A stretch of 63,972 nt of DNA, filler included, from Collodictyon triciliatum (GCA_043381765.1; 24 parts of 23 records of this genome joined end to end with filler, not necessarily neighbours in it); one strand, 5' to 3'. Shown: positions 25,218 to 39,830, counted from the first letter of the whole stretch. Made by a program: numbers and translations. The notes: generated by a model from the sequence alone, not told the origin.

Positions 25218-27191
25218 TCTGTGATTCACTATCTCTAGCGGCTGTGGGAAATAAATACTAAAGTAATTTTGAGTGGTTTAGCTTTCTTTTCGTATGCTTG
25301 ATACTATAGACTTTTTTTTTTAATGTCAGTTTGGTCTTCAATTAACTTTTTATTGAAGATATTCGCAACATTTAGAAAAAATAATGTATTGGATAGTTTG
25401 CTATACTGTTGACTGTGGTTGCAGCCTCGGAAAAAATTCAGAAAGATAAATGCATTATTCGTCACTTTTTTGTTCGGTCTCCTCCATTCCAGGATGAAAT
25501 AAGTGGGTCTTTGTCATGTTAATCCTGAATGGAGATCGCCTTGTCGTTTTTGTTGACTTTTTTTTTTTCAGCGTAACATCATAACTGTGTGCTGAGAGAT
25601 TCGGTGTCGCAGACTCCTTTCTGAAATTCACTGGGAGTGCAGAAGCACGCAGACTTTATTTGTCGTATAGATTCTGTTTGTTCTTGATTTCTTGATTTCT
25701 TGATTTCCTTGTGTCAGAGCCAAGGCGAATGACTGTCCACCCTCGGAGTTGTGGTGATGGTTACTTGTGGTTGTTCCATTAATGTATAATTGACATTCTG
25801 CTAATGATCTGTTCTATTTGAAAAGTCTTCATTCCGCTTTATATATAATTTCATTCGCTTTTTATCTTTTCTGTTTTCTTTTTCTTTTTCATTTTTCTTT
25901 TCTTTCTTTCATTTTCATTTTCTCGTTTTTCTATTTTTTCTTTTCTTCTCTTTTTTTTCTTCTTATCTTTTCTTTTCTCCTTTTCTATTTTTCTTTTTTT
26001 CTTTTTTTCTTTTTTTCTTTTTATTTCTTTTTATTTCTTTTTATTTCTTTTTATTTCTTTTTATTTCTTTTTATTTCTTTTTATTTCTTTTTATTTCTTT
26101 TTATTTCTTTTTATTNNNNNNNNNNNNNNNNNNNNNNNNNNNNNNNNNNNNNNNNNNNNNNNNNNNNNNNNNNNNNNNNNNNNNNNNNNNNNNNNNNNNN
26201 NNNNNNNNNNNNNNNNNNNNNNNNNNNNNNNNNNNNNNNNNNNNNNNNNNNNNNNNNNNNNNNNNNNNNNNNNNNNNNNNNNNNNNNNNNNNNNNNNNNN
26301 NNNNNNNNNNNNNNNNNNNNNNNNNNNNNNNNNNNNNNNNNNNNNNNNNNNNNNNNNNNNNNNNNNNNNNNNNNNNNNNNNNNNNNNNNNNNNNNNNNNN
26401 NNNNNNNNNNNNNNNNNNNNNNNNNNNNNNNNNNNNNNNNNNNNNNNNNNNNNNNNNNNNNNNNNNNNNNNNNNNNNNNNNNNNNNNNNNNNNNNNNNNN
26501 NNNNNNNNNNNNNNNNNNNNNNNNNNNNNNNNNNNNNNNNNNNNNNNNNNNNNNNNNNNNNNNNNNNNNNNNNNNNNNNNNNNNNNNNNNNNNNNNNNNN
26601 NNNNNNNNNNNNNNNNNNNNNNNNNNNNNNNNNNNNNNNNNNNNNNNNNNNNNNNNNNNNNNNNNNNNNNNNNNNNNNNNNNNNNNNNNNNNNNNNNNNN
26701 NNNNNNNNNNNNNNNNNNNNNNNNNNNNNNNNNNNNNNNNNNNNNNNNNNNNNNNNNNNNNNNNNNNNNNNNNNNNNNNNNNNNNNNNNNNNNNNNNNNN
26801 NNNNNNNNNNNNNNNNNNNNNNNNNNNNNNNNNNNNNNNNNNNNNNNNNNNNNNNNNNNNNNNNNNNNNNNNNNNNNNNNNNNNNNNNNNNNNNNNNNNN
26901 NNNNNNCTTTTCTTTTCTTTTCTTTTCTTTTCTTTTCTTTTCTTTTCTTTTCTTTTCTTTTCTTTTCTTTTTTTTCTTTTCTTATTTCTTTTTTCTTTTT
27001 TTTCTTTTTTTTCTTTTTTTTCTTTTTTTTCTTTTCTTTTAAAATACCTTCTTTTCATTTTGAGAGGTTTGCTGTCTGGAGATAATCTGCTGGCTTCCGC
27101 TGATACTTTGGATAACTAGACACGGAGAAATTATTAGTATTATTATTTTGTTATTAACTTCACAAAGCAATAGCAAATTTGACCAAAAAAA

Positions 27192-28860
27192 ATGCCTCGG
27201 GAGGTAATCACGCTGCAAGTCGGCCAGTGCGGCAACCAAAGTAATAAACATACGCAACCCACCCAAAGTATTAAAGTTCATGACAGCACCCAAGCGATTA
27301 AATACCTTTTTTTTCTTTCATTTTTCTATGTTTTTTTCTTCTCTGTTGTTTTTTTAATCCATTTGTGTGGTGGTAGCACCTTTAAAACTAATTATTACGT
27401 CTACATATTTGGCCGTAAATACTTGATTTTTATTTTGTTTTCTTTTTTGTTCTTTTTATGGAGACATGAACACAAATAACGATTTATTATTGCGGTGTAG
27501 TTGGGATGGAGTTCTGGAAGCAGCTTTGTTTGGAGCACGGCATCAGCAACGAAGGGATTCTGGAGGAGTTTGCCACACAAGGAAGCGATCGAAAGGACGT
27601 GTTTTTCTACCAGGTATTATCGCGTTTTTTTTACGACTATGATATATATTCATCGCGCTTTTATTTATACGACACATACTGGTATAATCGATGATTCTTT
27701 TCAATTTTTACATTATCTTTCTGTTACGTGTGGGTATATTATCCGTGCATGTGCTTGAATATACATAGTTTCAGCTCAAAGGCTATCAAAATGTAGGCTG
27801 ATGACGAACATTACGTCCCTCGTGCTCTTTTGCTTGACCTTGAACCTCGTGTAAACTTAAAATATAATAGTAAAATAAACCGACGAGTCTTTTTATGCAT
27901 GCTCTCACCGCCCATAAATATGTAAATAATTAAGGGAAAGAAGAAGAAAAAGACAAAAATCAAGTTGTAATGTAACTGAAAGAAATTTTTCTTCGTCAAT
28001 GGCTGTATCAATTGTAATTTTTCAATTAATTTATTTCTTCAGGTGATTAATTACATACAAACATCTGCATATGCAAATCTTTACAACCCAGAGAATATTT
28101 TTATCTCGAAAGACGGAGGCGGGGCAGGAAATAACTGGGCATCAGGTAGCCCATAGGAGAAAAATAATTAAATTGTAAACTCAAACACTTTATTTATTTG
28201 CCGCGTAACTCTATTAATTACTAGGATACAGCCAAGCTCAGAGATATCAGGAAGAAATTCTTGACATGATAGACCGAGAGGCGGAAGGGTCTGACTCCTT
28301 AGAGGTATTTTTCTCTTATTTTGCTTCGTGCTGGTTGTCGACATGTTAAGGATACACACTTTCATACTATAATCCTTGATAGGAATAAACATGAGGATAA
28401 TTCATTCACTTATCTTCATATTTCAACATATTTCTTCAAAACACTCGAATTAATTTCAATAGGGATTTACATTATGCCATTCTATCGCTGGTGGAACAGG
28501 CTCTGGGATGGGTTCCTATCTGTTGGAAAAGTTGAACGACCGTTTTCCAAAGAAACTAATCCAGACTTATAGCGTGTTTCCTAACCAAAATGACTCCAGT
28601 GATGTCGTTGTTCAGCCGTATAATTCTTTGCTGACGCTGAAGCGCCTGACACTGAATGCTGATTGTGTGGTAAGTTCAGATTCCTATAATCGTATTTGCT
28701 CATTTTTATGGTTTGTCTCGGATACATTTGCCATTTCGAGGTCTTGTGGATGATAAGTGATGTTTGTATATAGGTCGTTCTTGATAACGCCGCACTCAAC
28801 CAAATCGCAGTTGACCGTCTGCACATTCCGAACCCAACATTTGCACAAACTAATGCATTG
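27192..28860 (+). CDS. TUBG1: Gamma-tubulin, first 7 exons (3' partial)
   Basis: [68 protein letters not shown] and [17 protein letters not shown]; all GT-AG introns in frame. Confidence 0.99.
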
Positions 28861-29338
28861 GTATTCCATTGGAGATTATCAGTGTCTCACAAATCTTGTT
28901 TTCTTATTGTTTCCTTTTTGTTTTCTTTTTGTTTTCTTTTTGTTTTCTTTTTGTTTTCTTTTTTGTTTTCTTTTTGTTTTCTTTTTGTTTTCTTATTTTC
29001 TTCTTATTATTTTCTTGCTTATGTTTTCTTGCTTATGTTTTCTTGCTTATGTTTTCTTGTTTTCTTTTTGTTTTCTTGTTTTCTTTTTGTTTTCTTTTTG
29101 TTTTCTTTTTGTTTTCTTGTTGTTTTCTTGTTGTTTTCTTGTTGTTTTCTTGTTGTTTTCTTGTTGTTTTCTTTTCTTTTTGTTTTCTTTTTGTTTTCTT
29201 TTTGTTTTCTTTTTGTTTTCTTTTTGTTTTCTTGTTTTNNNNNNNNNNNNNNNNNNNNNNNNNNNNNNNNNNNNNNNNNNNNTTAATTAATTAANNNNNN
29301 NNNNNNNNNNNNNNNNNNNNNNNNNNNNNNNNNNNNNN

Positions 29339-31785
29339 ATAATTAGAAATTATGAAAGATAGTTACATCGACGCTGCTGTCCATATGAGGCTCGACTTTT
29401 AGAGGCAAATGCACCCTTGATTTTAGAGTAGTCCTTTCAATAATTGAGTTTTTTTTCTCCTTTGAAATAGAATCATATATCATAACCTCGATATCCACAA
29501 TATTCACAGACAATTGTTGTGCTTTGTCCTAAAAAGTTATCAATAATGATAAAAATACTGCTTCGTTTTTTAACCATATATTAGCTGGAGTGAATCAAGA
29601 ATAAGTTATTATATGAATAAACATGATACCTTAATATCGTTGACAGCACTAAGACTTCCTAAGCAAACAATCAAACAAAGCCCTGAGTCGCTTGATTGAG
29701 GAATAATAATTTCGGGAGATTCAATAAGTACATCTAATTCTATGGGCTTTGGCTGCTTTAATCGTATTTGCTTTTTTACTATTTGCATTCGATACGTCGT
29801 CTGTTGAGATATGTTGGTCAGGGACGAACAAACCAGTGTTTGCAGAAACTACCAACAATTGATTAATAACTTGATATCTTGATTCAAAGTGTTCGTAAGT
29901 TTATTCATCAATACAATCAAAAAAAATTTTTAAAAAAAATTAATATCCAAATCATCAAGAAAAAAAAAAACATGAGCCAAACTTATCAAAGGGATTAAAG
30001 AATGCCTTCGTCATGTGCTGAATTTCAGTCTTGAAGTTAAGCATCTCCTTTATAAACCGGTTCAAAAGGGTGAATTGCAGGCTGGCTACACGGCCATAAA
30101 TCTTGCCGATGAATCGCTCTTGAACAGGAAAAGAAAAATTATTTAAAATTAAAAGAAGTATTCCTTTGCTTTAATTGCGATAATTTATTTATTTGTCAAC
30201 CGAGAACGTACTATTTGAGCCAGGTGCATACATTTCAATCTTGAGCTTCAAAAATTGTTTCCCGTCTTTAACTCGCACGATGTGTTCATTCAAAGAAACT
30301 AGGTTCTTTTCCTTTCTGGTTTTGTCAAGGGTGAGGTCATGCACATCAACAGTTTGGATATTTATCTGAAGATATTAGCAATCATAACAGTGAGTTAAAA
30401 TATATTCGATAGATGCAATTATTCATAAATGGCAACTTTTCTATCATTAATTAATTACATCAACAACTAGACGCATAGATGAGTAAAGCATCAAATTGGT
30501 GCTGAATCCGGCAGCTTTTCCGTAGACCAGTTTAATCCCGTCCTTCCACAGGTTTAATTGCACAGAATCAAGGGATGCTGTTAAATGCAAGGAAACCCTT
30601 TCTGATAACTTCTGTGCTCCAAGCGAAGCCGATGAAAGCGACATACCTGGATAAGAAATTAAAAAAAATAGGTGTCATCACTTGCATAGTCAACATTCTT
30701 CAAGTTTGTGAATACCAAGTATATCATAGATAAAATAATTGTAAGTCCAGGGATATTATTAGCTCTCAGTTAGCTGCATATTAACCTAAATCTTGAGAGG
30801 GGACACCATCTGCCTCCTCGCTGACAGAGGAAGATAGTCTTGATTTTTCAGATTTGGCTTCTTTGAGCAGGGCTTGAACATAAAAAATGAGCCGAGTCAT
30901 TGTTTCTTGGTCAACATTTACATCCACGCCAGTAAAATGAATTCGTAGCGTTGAATCAGTGTCTCGATATATTGGTGATTGTCGATGAACCAAACAATAA
31001 CTCACATTCAGCATGTGCCCTCTTAAGAAATCAATACATTATCATTAATAAACAAAAAATACTAAGAAACAGATAAACACAGGAGGGAGAAAAAAGAAAC
31101 GCAAAAATTAATGTGTTAAAGAGTTTTTTATATATATAATTGATTATACAATTCTTTCTCAGGATTATGCTCCAAAGCCCTGGATGGCTTCACAATATAC
31201 CACGAATCAGATTCAGTGGAACGGAATCTAATCCAATAATGTTAAGAAGGGTGGTGTATTGTTATTCCATCTCTCAATTTTTTCTGTTAAAAAATGAATG
31301 ATTGCAGATACATATTGGGAAACCTACAGATCTTTGACACTCATTGACTCCACCGAAAAATCGACACTCAAGGCTCTGTTTTGGTGAGTAACAGACAAAG
31401 ATATCTCCTCGAATATCAACAGTGCTAATCCATGTTCCACGCCTACACGGTCATCTTCAACAACAAGTGTTGCCTTGGGAATGCAGAACCGCCCACGGAA
31501 TAAATTCTTTACTATCGCACCGTGAACAGCCCCAGATTCCGGATTAGCTTTTGCAACTAAGTTTACATTTTACAGATGACCGATGGTTAATACAATAAAA
31601 TGATGAAATAATACTTACTGATGGTATAAATGACAAAAACTCTGATAAATTAAAAAAGATAAATATTTACAATCTCCGGCCAATGCCGCCCTAGCCAAAT
31701 TCGTGGTCTTTTTAATTGTCTCAGTTACCAACTGGGTTGGGTCAATTATCTTTCTGGGCTTATTTCCAGCAGTTTCAATCTTCAA
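29339..31785 (-). CDS. VPS13: VPS13-family lipid transport protein, internal exons
   Basis: Repeated VPS13 middle-region patterns: LNVSYCLVHRQSPIYRDTDSTLRIHFTGVDVNVDQETMTRLIFYV, SLHLTASLDSVQLNL and IELDVLIESPEIIIPQSSDSGLCLIVCLGSLSAVN. Confidence 0.8.
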
Positions 31786-32046
31786 CTAAAAATAAATGAA
31801 TCATCAAAGAGTGATAGCTTTGTTCTCTTAAAGGATTGTATGTATAGAAAAAAAGAGAGAGAAAAAAGAGAGAGAAAAAAGAGAGAGAAAAAAGAGAGAG
31901 AAAAAAGAGAGAGAAAAAAGAGAGAGAAAAAAGAGAGAGAAAAAAGNNNNNNNNNNNNNNNNNNNNNNNNNNNNNNNNNNNNNNNNNNNNTTAATTAATT
32001 AANNNNNNNNNNNNNNNNNNNNNNNNNNNNNNNNNNNNNNNNNNNN

Positions 32047-32113
<67 letters not shown>

Positions 32114-32742
32114 ACACACACACACACAAACACACACACCACTTGTACGGCTCATCTCGCTTTTTGTTGCCATAGCGTTTTCAGTCACTGGAATGGCGAG
32201 TTTTCTGGGGGCACAGGCACTTGCATGGTTCCTTATTTTCCAGGTGCTTGCCGCGTTTCATCCATACTTTGTGGATAAACCGAATCTCTCTCGACAGGCA
32301 CGGGCCGTCCAGAAGAGAGATTAGTTCCAAAACCCCGGCGCAACGCCTACCTCTCCTTATTTCTCTTCGACTTTTAGGAAAATAAACCAAGGCACAGAAT
32401 CTTATGCGGTAGTTCATACAAGGAAAGGACACTGCAAGGAGAAGCTTGTTCATACGTATATATCACGAGATATATTCAAGAACTTTATTTTATTTTATTA
32501 CCACTCTCACATTTCATATGATAATAGCACGACGCCTTATTTATGAAGTGAGTTTCTAGGGGCGATGATATCTGTAATTGATTTGAGCAATTTGATTATG
32601 AGGCGTTCTATATGTGTTAAAATAACTAGGTATGAAGCTAGATTTCGGACGACTTTTGGCCATGGATATAATACGTGTTGTTGATTTGTTTGCTATTTAT
32701 TTGGTATTCTTGATAAAAGTTTATCATTATCATTATTATTGT

Positions 32743-34474
32743 TTAGTCATCCTCAGTTGTAAAAACAAATGTTGGAAGAGGCGTGTTTATCGGCCGCGTC
32801 GGGGTTGTTCTCGTTTCGCCAAGTCGAACCTAAATAATAACATAAACTGGCGTTCAAGTCGAATTATGAAGTAGAAGAAAAAATCATTTAAATATGATAT
32901 CATTCCACTTCAACGATTTATCTGGAAATCGATATACAGTAGAAAGATAACGCAATTGTTTCACAAACCTCCACTCCAGCTGTTAATGCGGCAGAGGGAT
33001 TTTCTCTGAGTCTTTCAAAGATATCCTCAATTTCTTGCATGCGCGGACGTGCTGCATCGTCCTGGTTCCTATTTTCATTTGAAGAAGCAGTAACAGAAAA
33101 AGAAAATGCAAAACATAGGGTCAAGACTCTCGCATGCTCAAGGATTTCTTCAATGAGGGGTACTTTCAGGTTTTATTTTTGTTTCTGTTTTTAATTTTTT
33201 TTGGAAAAGAAAATAAAGTAAAGTAAAAAATAAAAATATGGTTGTGATACCAGCATTTGGTCGCTAGATTTGAAAGATGTTCAGAGACGCCCTCAATAAA
33301 TTGTGGCCTCAGTCCGTCGGAGGCCATGACAGCTGCTTCTGTAGGAGAAAGGTCTAGAAGCCCGTGTTTCAGTATGTTTATTGATCAAAAACACACACTT
33401 GGTGAATTTAGAAACATCAACAAAAAAAAAAAAAAAAAAAAGTCATTCTTAAGTATATATAGCCAGGGTTAGGTATATGAAAGAACCAGGAAATGGTGGT
33501 TTGCTCATTGTGATTTCGAACATAACCATGCCGAAGCTGTACACATCGCTCTGTAATAGATGATGATAAGATTTGATTATAAATAAATTTGCACTCTTTA
33601 ATGAAGGGATCCTTTCCCTTTCATATTCACCAAATTAATCAAGAAATAAATATATACAGTTGTTGGTTTTTACATATTAATCAAATGTACCGATAAAGTG
33701 TATCTCAGATTGTTGAATGCTTCTGGAGCCATCCACCGCAAAGCCCCAACTGATGGTCGGTACATGGAATGCATTCGCTTGCGAAGGATGTTGGTGCTTA
33801 ATGATGATTGACAAAGTTAAATCGTTTCCAAAAACAAGGCGTAGATACAAACACATACGCACGACGTATGTTGAGATGAGCTCGAGAAAAGCTGATTTAT
33901 TCCCTCAAGTTTACCTATTCTCAGTCTCATTCCCAACGTATATGTCACTCAAATGACAGGACATACCAAAGTCACACAGTTTTGGTGTCCAGTCTGAGTC
34001 GACCTATGAACAGGAAAGAATAGAATCACGCGTTCCACGCCGAATTTAAGCTAACATGTGTCAGAGTTGTGGAAAGATTTATTCTGCAAACTTTGTATCC
34101 AGAGAGATATTTACCAATATGTTGGCACAGCGCAGGTCTCGATGTACAATGTTCCTTTGATGAAGGTAAGTCACGGCCCTTCGTAATATAAAAGTAAACA
34201 TTAAAGAGAAAAAAAGAGAAAACAAATTCAGTTGCAAATTATCAGAAGACATATGTCTAATTGAACACCTTTTCCTTAGAGAGGCAAACATAGTTATATA
34301 TGAATGAATCGTGGCGATGGAATGTTATGAATTTCCAAGAGTAATAAGTGGTATAAAAAGTCACTTTGAAACGCCATAAATGATAGAAATCTCTAATTCT
34401 TTGGGAAGTTTCAGGTTTTGGTCATAAATCAAGGAGGACAAGTTGCCTTTTGCGATTCGCTCAGTCACAAGTAT
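32743..34474 (-). CDS. TKL-type protein kinase, C-terminal exons
   Basis: ILVTERIAKGNL, YLHQRNIVHRDLRCANIL|VDSDWTPKLCDFGMS, GALRWMAPE, SDVYSFGMVMFEI and KCW|NQDDAARP. Confidence 0.93.
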
Positions 34475-34753
34475 CTACGTAGGAATACACATATACCAAA
34501 TTTGGGCTCAGATTAACCATGCGATTGTAAAAGATAGCACATCATTAATGGGCAATTACGAGATGAGGGCTCTCAGTGCAGGCTCCGTAGAATTTCAGAA
34601 TATTTGGATGAGAAAGTGTGCTGATGGTGATAGGGGGGGGGGCGGGGGGGGGGNNNNNNNNNNNNNNNNNNNNNNNNNNNNNNNNNNNNNNNNNNNNTTA
34701 ATTAATTAANNNNNNNNNNNNNNNNNNNNNNNNNNNNNNNNNNNNNNNNNNNN

Positions 34754-34840
<87 letters not shown>

Positions 34841-34935
34841 AGAGAAAAAAAAGAGAAAAAAAAGAGAAAAAAAAGAGAAAAAAAAAGAGAGTAAAAAAAG
34901 AGAGAAATAAATACAGGAAATCTGCGGGAACAAAC

Positions 34936-37191
34936 CTGCGCCGTTATTCCCCACCACGTCGCCTGAATATCCTGACTGCGTCTCCCAGCATCAACCAACT
35001 GCACCCCCGATGCAATCGACTGCACATAATTCCCACGGAAATACTCCAACATGCATGATTGATGTAAACACTCGCGCCAATTTCTGCGGTCATGGATTTG
35101 CGAAGCGCTCTCCATCGCGTCCTTCAGCAGAGCTGCAGCGTTGTCCAGCGTGATGGTTCCGCCCACACACAAGTTGCAGTAGCTGATGGCCTTCATCACA
35201 ACCACACCTGTCTGTAGAGACCCAAACTTGAGCTTCCGCTTTGAAAGCAGTACATACTGGTCCGTCATCGAGCGGTTCCCGTGAATGCAGGCAACCAGTG
35301 CAATCATCGCATACACACGCATCCGCTCATCCGGCCCGCCCAGCGTCATTGCCTCGAAGTACATCTGCACGACGCTGTCAATCATGCGCGCCTTTTCGTT
35401 TGTGCCAAAGTAGACCTCTGAAAGCCGCTCGTAAATGGCAAAGGCAACCGGCATGCGCGTCATGGAAAAGCGGCGATTGGACTTTGCGAGGCTTGCATAA
35501 AAGGAGGGTATATTGACCGAGCCAGTGGGCCGCTCCGGGAGTGTCTTTGACTCGATGAGGCCGCAGAAGAAGCTCATGCTCGTCTTGCCGCTTGGCACTT
35601 GAAGCGTGAGAATGGTCAAGGCCTGTTCAAAGCGCACGCGTGAGAGCGTCATATCGCCCATGCGGAAGTGTGCCTCGCCTTCCAATCGTGCCAGTTCGGA
35701 CGAAAATACGCTCTCGAGCCTGAGTGCGTGCTTTTCGGATAGAATGCGCGCGTTGGAGAAAAAGTTGAGAGCTTCTTTGTTGTCGTTTGAGTCCAGGGCG
35801 ACATTGCCGGCGAGATGCATGTACTTGACGGCCTGCAAATAGAGTTCGGCCTTGAGGAAATGATGCGAAAGTGTCACGTAGAAGGCGTGGAGCTCGGCTA
35901 AGTGTGTTCGCTCGTAGTACATCGCGATGGCTCCGTGGAGTTTCTTTCTTTGCTCCACAAGGAGCAGATTGTATGCTATGTCCTGTGTAATCAGATGTCG
36001 GAAGCTGTAGGCACCATTTGTCTTCCCCGAGCCCTGTTTCGAATGCAATGTGATAGTGGAATTATTCTCATAAATCTCTCTTGATGAAAAAAGGAAAGAT
36101 CTTGAATAGAAGTCGTTTCGGTTTGTAGAGTTTCAGATCACTTTAGCAGAGTTTGTGATCCGTGTAAAAGATTTTCAATTTTTTTATATGTAAATTGGAT
36201 TTGAGATATCTAAAATCATACTATTGTGAAAAAGAGAGGGGAAAAAAAAAAAGTGAAAATGAAACAAACATCATCAACAGGTCTGATCAAGTCGGTGAGA
36301 AGAATTTTGATATCTGATTCGATGTCAACCTGTGTATTAGAGTATTGTTTCAGATTATTTTTTTCTTCTAAATTTTGATTTCAACAAGGGAGTACAGCAG
36401 TTAATCTTGATGGAAAATAGTAGATGAATTTTACTTTTTCGACTGATATCGGATGTATGTCCCTCAAAGCCCTGAATGTTCCAGTACCGTGAACAGAAAA
36501 AAATAAACAGTTTGGAATTTTTTTTTAATAATATTAAAAAATACCTATGAAACTATATTTTCTTAAAAAATAACAACACATTCATTCTCATTTAACTCTA
36601 TTATAATAAGAAATTTAATAAAAAGAACATTACTGTATTGTAAATGTAGCGCCAATGACACTTGCAATCTAAGGAATTGTTAATTTATAGAAAGATTTAT
36701 TTTATTTTTTAAAAAAAAAAGGTCGATGAAACGTTCCACCAGAATCCTAGTTTTCATTCTTTTTGCTTTTCACCTGAAAATTAACAAGGGACGTACCTTC
36801 AGAGTGAGCTGTGGGCCGGCTGGTAGGTCGTCTATTTGACTCTGGATTATGGATTGGATCGAATCCGGAAAAGGTATCGACGACAATTGATGATTCGGTG
36901 CAATTTTACAGACCCCACTTTCTACAATTAAGACCTAAAAAATTATTCAAGGCATTTTATTTAAAACCAAGTTGCGTGCTCTTTGTTCTTTTGGGCGCTA
37001 TACATCAAAGTGTTATTATGGACAAGACATCAAACGTATGAAGTACGGAGCGACTGATTTACCTTTATTGTTTTCAATCTCTTGACTATTTCTATTAAAA
37101 AGAACGGATTTCCATGTCCTTTTGACACTAAGATTTCTGCCAATGTGTCAGGCAAACGCGCAATTTCAAAAATATTGCAGATTAAAGCAGT
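34936..37191 (-). CDS. ADCY10 (soluble adenylyl cyclase)-like STAND ATPase/TPR region, partial
   Basis: GHGNPFFLIE, IDDL..PAHSSL-region QLTLK|IASVIGATF, YSFRHLITQDIAYNLLLVEQRKKLHGAIAMYYE, then TPR-like helices. The cyclase domains lie outside the contig. Confidence 0.85.
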
Positions 37192-37265
37192 CTATAATCA
37201 TTTTTTTTTTAAAAAAAAACAGAAGGAATTAAAATAGGACCATGAAATTAAGATTCTTCAATCAC

Positions 37266-37360
<95 letters not shown>

Positions 37361-37460
37361 NNNNNNNNNNNNNNNNNNNNNNNNNNNNNNNNNNNNNNNN
37401 NNNNTTAATTAATTAANNNNNNNNNNNNNNNNNNNNNNNNNNNNNNNNNNNNNNNNNNNN

Positions 37461-37550
<90 letters not shown>

Positions 37551-38178
37551 GAATAATTAATCTGCAATTAAAATGAATCAAAAAATGAGAATACAAATGC
37601 AATCAACACAACGTGCATCTCTTCACACATTCCCGTATTATCTAAAGCGTAAACTAGGCATGCACATAGGCCAATACTGCAATCATATATTTTCCACTCC
37701 ACTTTGCTTGATTCGAATGACCCATAACGCGAATGTATATTCCACAAAGTTTTCTTCTTCGTCCACGCGCGTCACCGTCTTGGCATGGCAGACAATTTTG
37801 TTTATGTATGGCGAGAGCATAATTACTATTTCCTTCAGATTTGCGAAGTGCTGGGCCAATGAAATAAATAGATATTTATTCAACGACATCATAATTATCT
37901 AGCTATAAATAAATGTAATCCCATTCATCTCATTTTTGTTTGTTTATTTTTCCTTTTTTTTTTTTAAAAAAAAAATCCTGTTTCAGACTGGATATCATGA
38001 AAAAACAACAACATGGCGGTATGATAAGAAGCGGATGTAAAAAGAATGAGACAAAGAAAAAAAAAGTGAGAGCAAAATGCGAATGCACATCCCAGATTAT
38101 ATGAAGAGCCCATGACTTCACATTCCATTATGAATTTTCTGCCTCAGCGCTATCAGTAGGTTTGGTGGATCAACATTC

Positions 38179-38900
38179 ATTACGAGTCAGCCCAATCAGC
38201 ATCCTCGACGTCCTGTGAAAAAATAATTATATGATAAAAACTGGGTAAGACAATCACACGAGTTATTGCTGTGTAACTTATTTTGTAAAATAAAATTGAG
38301 TGGTTTCATATATGGCCAATCTCTGTTGAATATCTAAAGAAAAAAAAAACAACTTCTGATGCTGAAAGGAGTTTCGATGAAGCAGATTCCTTTTTTGCCC
38401 ATGATTGCTGTGGGTAAAAAATCATGTGAAATTAAAATCTGCTGCCTTCTCGAAAACGCTGACAAAATATATGTAATTTTCCTTAAGAGACCGTGATATG
38501 GCGGATTAATAAACACTCTTTTCCTTACAGTTTGTTCGGTGGCAACAACAACAGGGGCCTTGAAGACTGGAGCCATATTCAGCTCCCCAAATAAATCATC
38601 GCTAATGGTGCGATTCCAACAAACAAAACAAGCATTTACAAGTTACAAGTTCATGGTCAGAAAGGTGATGGTATGTATAAGTTGGCATATCAAATACTAT
38701 GATATAGCGTCTCTAAAACATGTATTAATAATACGTGTTGACTGGGGCCACATCTTCTTTCTTTGTAAGTATCACAGGCTTGGCAGCAACAAGAGGGTTA
38801 GCAACCTTTGAGGGCAGGGGCTGTAATTTATTTACATTTATTTACTTCAAAAAAAAAAAACAACAAGAAAGCCCATCTTGAAACTTTAACGAAGGAAATG

Positions 38901-38979
<79 letters not shown>

Positions 38980-39830
38980 AATATAAATTATTTAAAGTAA
39001 AAATAAGTAGGTATAGAAGGTGACAATAACGAATGCGTAGCATGAGAGACCATGCGACGAATAAAGGGGTCATCCTTACCGCAGCTACCGAGGCTACAGG
39101 TTTCTGCAAGAGCGACGAAGATCCAGAAGACCCAGACTTTGGCAGGACAGGCTTCTTTGGTGGGGCTTGGATAGGGATTTCCTCGAATTCAGAGTCAGAA
39201 TCCTCATCGATATCTTCGACAACTTTTGCTGGACCAAAAAATTATATTTTTTTCTTTATTAAGACCATATGCAGCGAAACTCAAGGGGAAGCTATTTTCA
39301 ACTATTGCTATCTTTGCGAGTAAAAAAGCACATACAATAGACAGAATCAAGTCCACGAATTGAAATTCCCTAGTGTGCGATGATTTAATCTAATAGAATG
39401 AGTAGATATTTCACCTGTCTTTTTGGCGGATGAAGACGATTTCTCTTCCTCTCCCCATGCGCCCCACATCGAGCCTTCGTTATCATTTTCTTCTTCGTCG
39501 TCATCCACATCCTGTTTGTTTGACACAGGCCGATTTCCACTCATATAAGAGCTCTGGGGTGGCATTACTTAGACATAAGTCCTCTAGAAAAACACTAGGC
39601 TCGAGAAAAATAAGAAAAGTAGGAGGATCGTATGCCACTCTGTCAATAAGTAAAAATCAAAATCATACACCGTCTGTATGATTCGGGGCAGGTGTTGGTG
39701 GCTCCATATTCGGGTTTCCAACTGGCTTTCTTCGTGCACAACAAACGTTTAAGACCGGAACGTACGACTGTACAAGCTCAAAGATAGAGTCCATTCTGTT
39801 CGCTCGTTATCTGGAGGAGGAATAACTAGA
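38179..39830 (-). CDS. 3' exons of low-complexity Pro/acidic protein ending DVEDADWADS*
   Basis: GT-AG-bounded exons (MEPPTPAPNH, DDDEEENDNEGSMWGAWGEEE, ISDDLFGELNMAPVF). The family cannot be assigned with confidence; SCY1-like tails are one candidate. Confidence 0.5.

Noticed and set aside
25818-27119. Long ORFs running through microsatellites and N gaps (also poly-Y/I/F/KE ORFs elsewhere)
   Set aside because: Artefacts of simple repeats and Ns; no coding signal.
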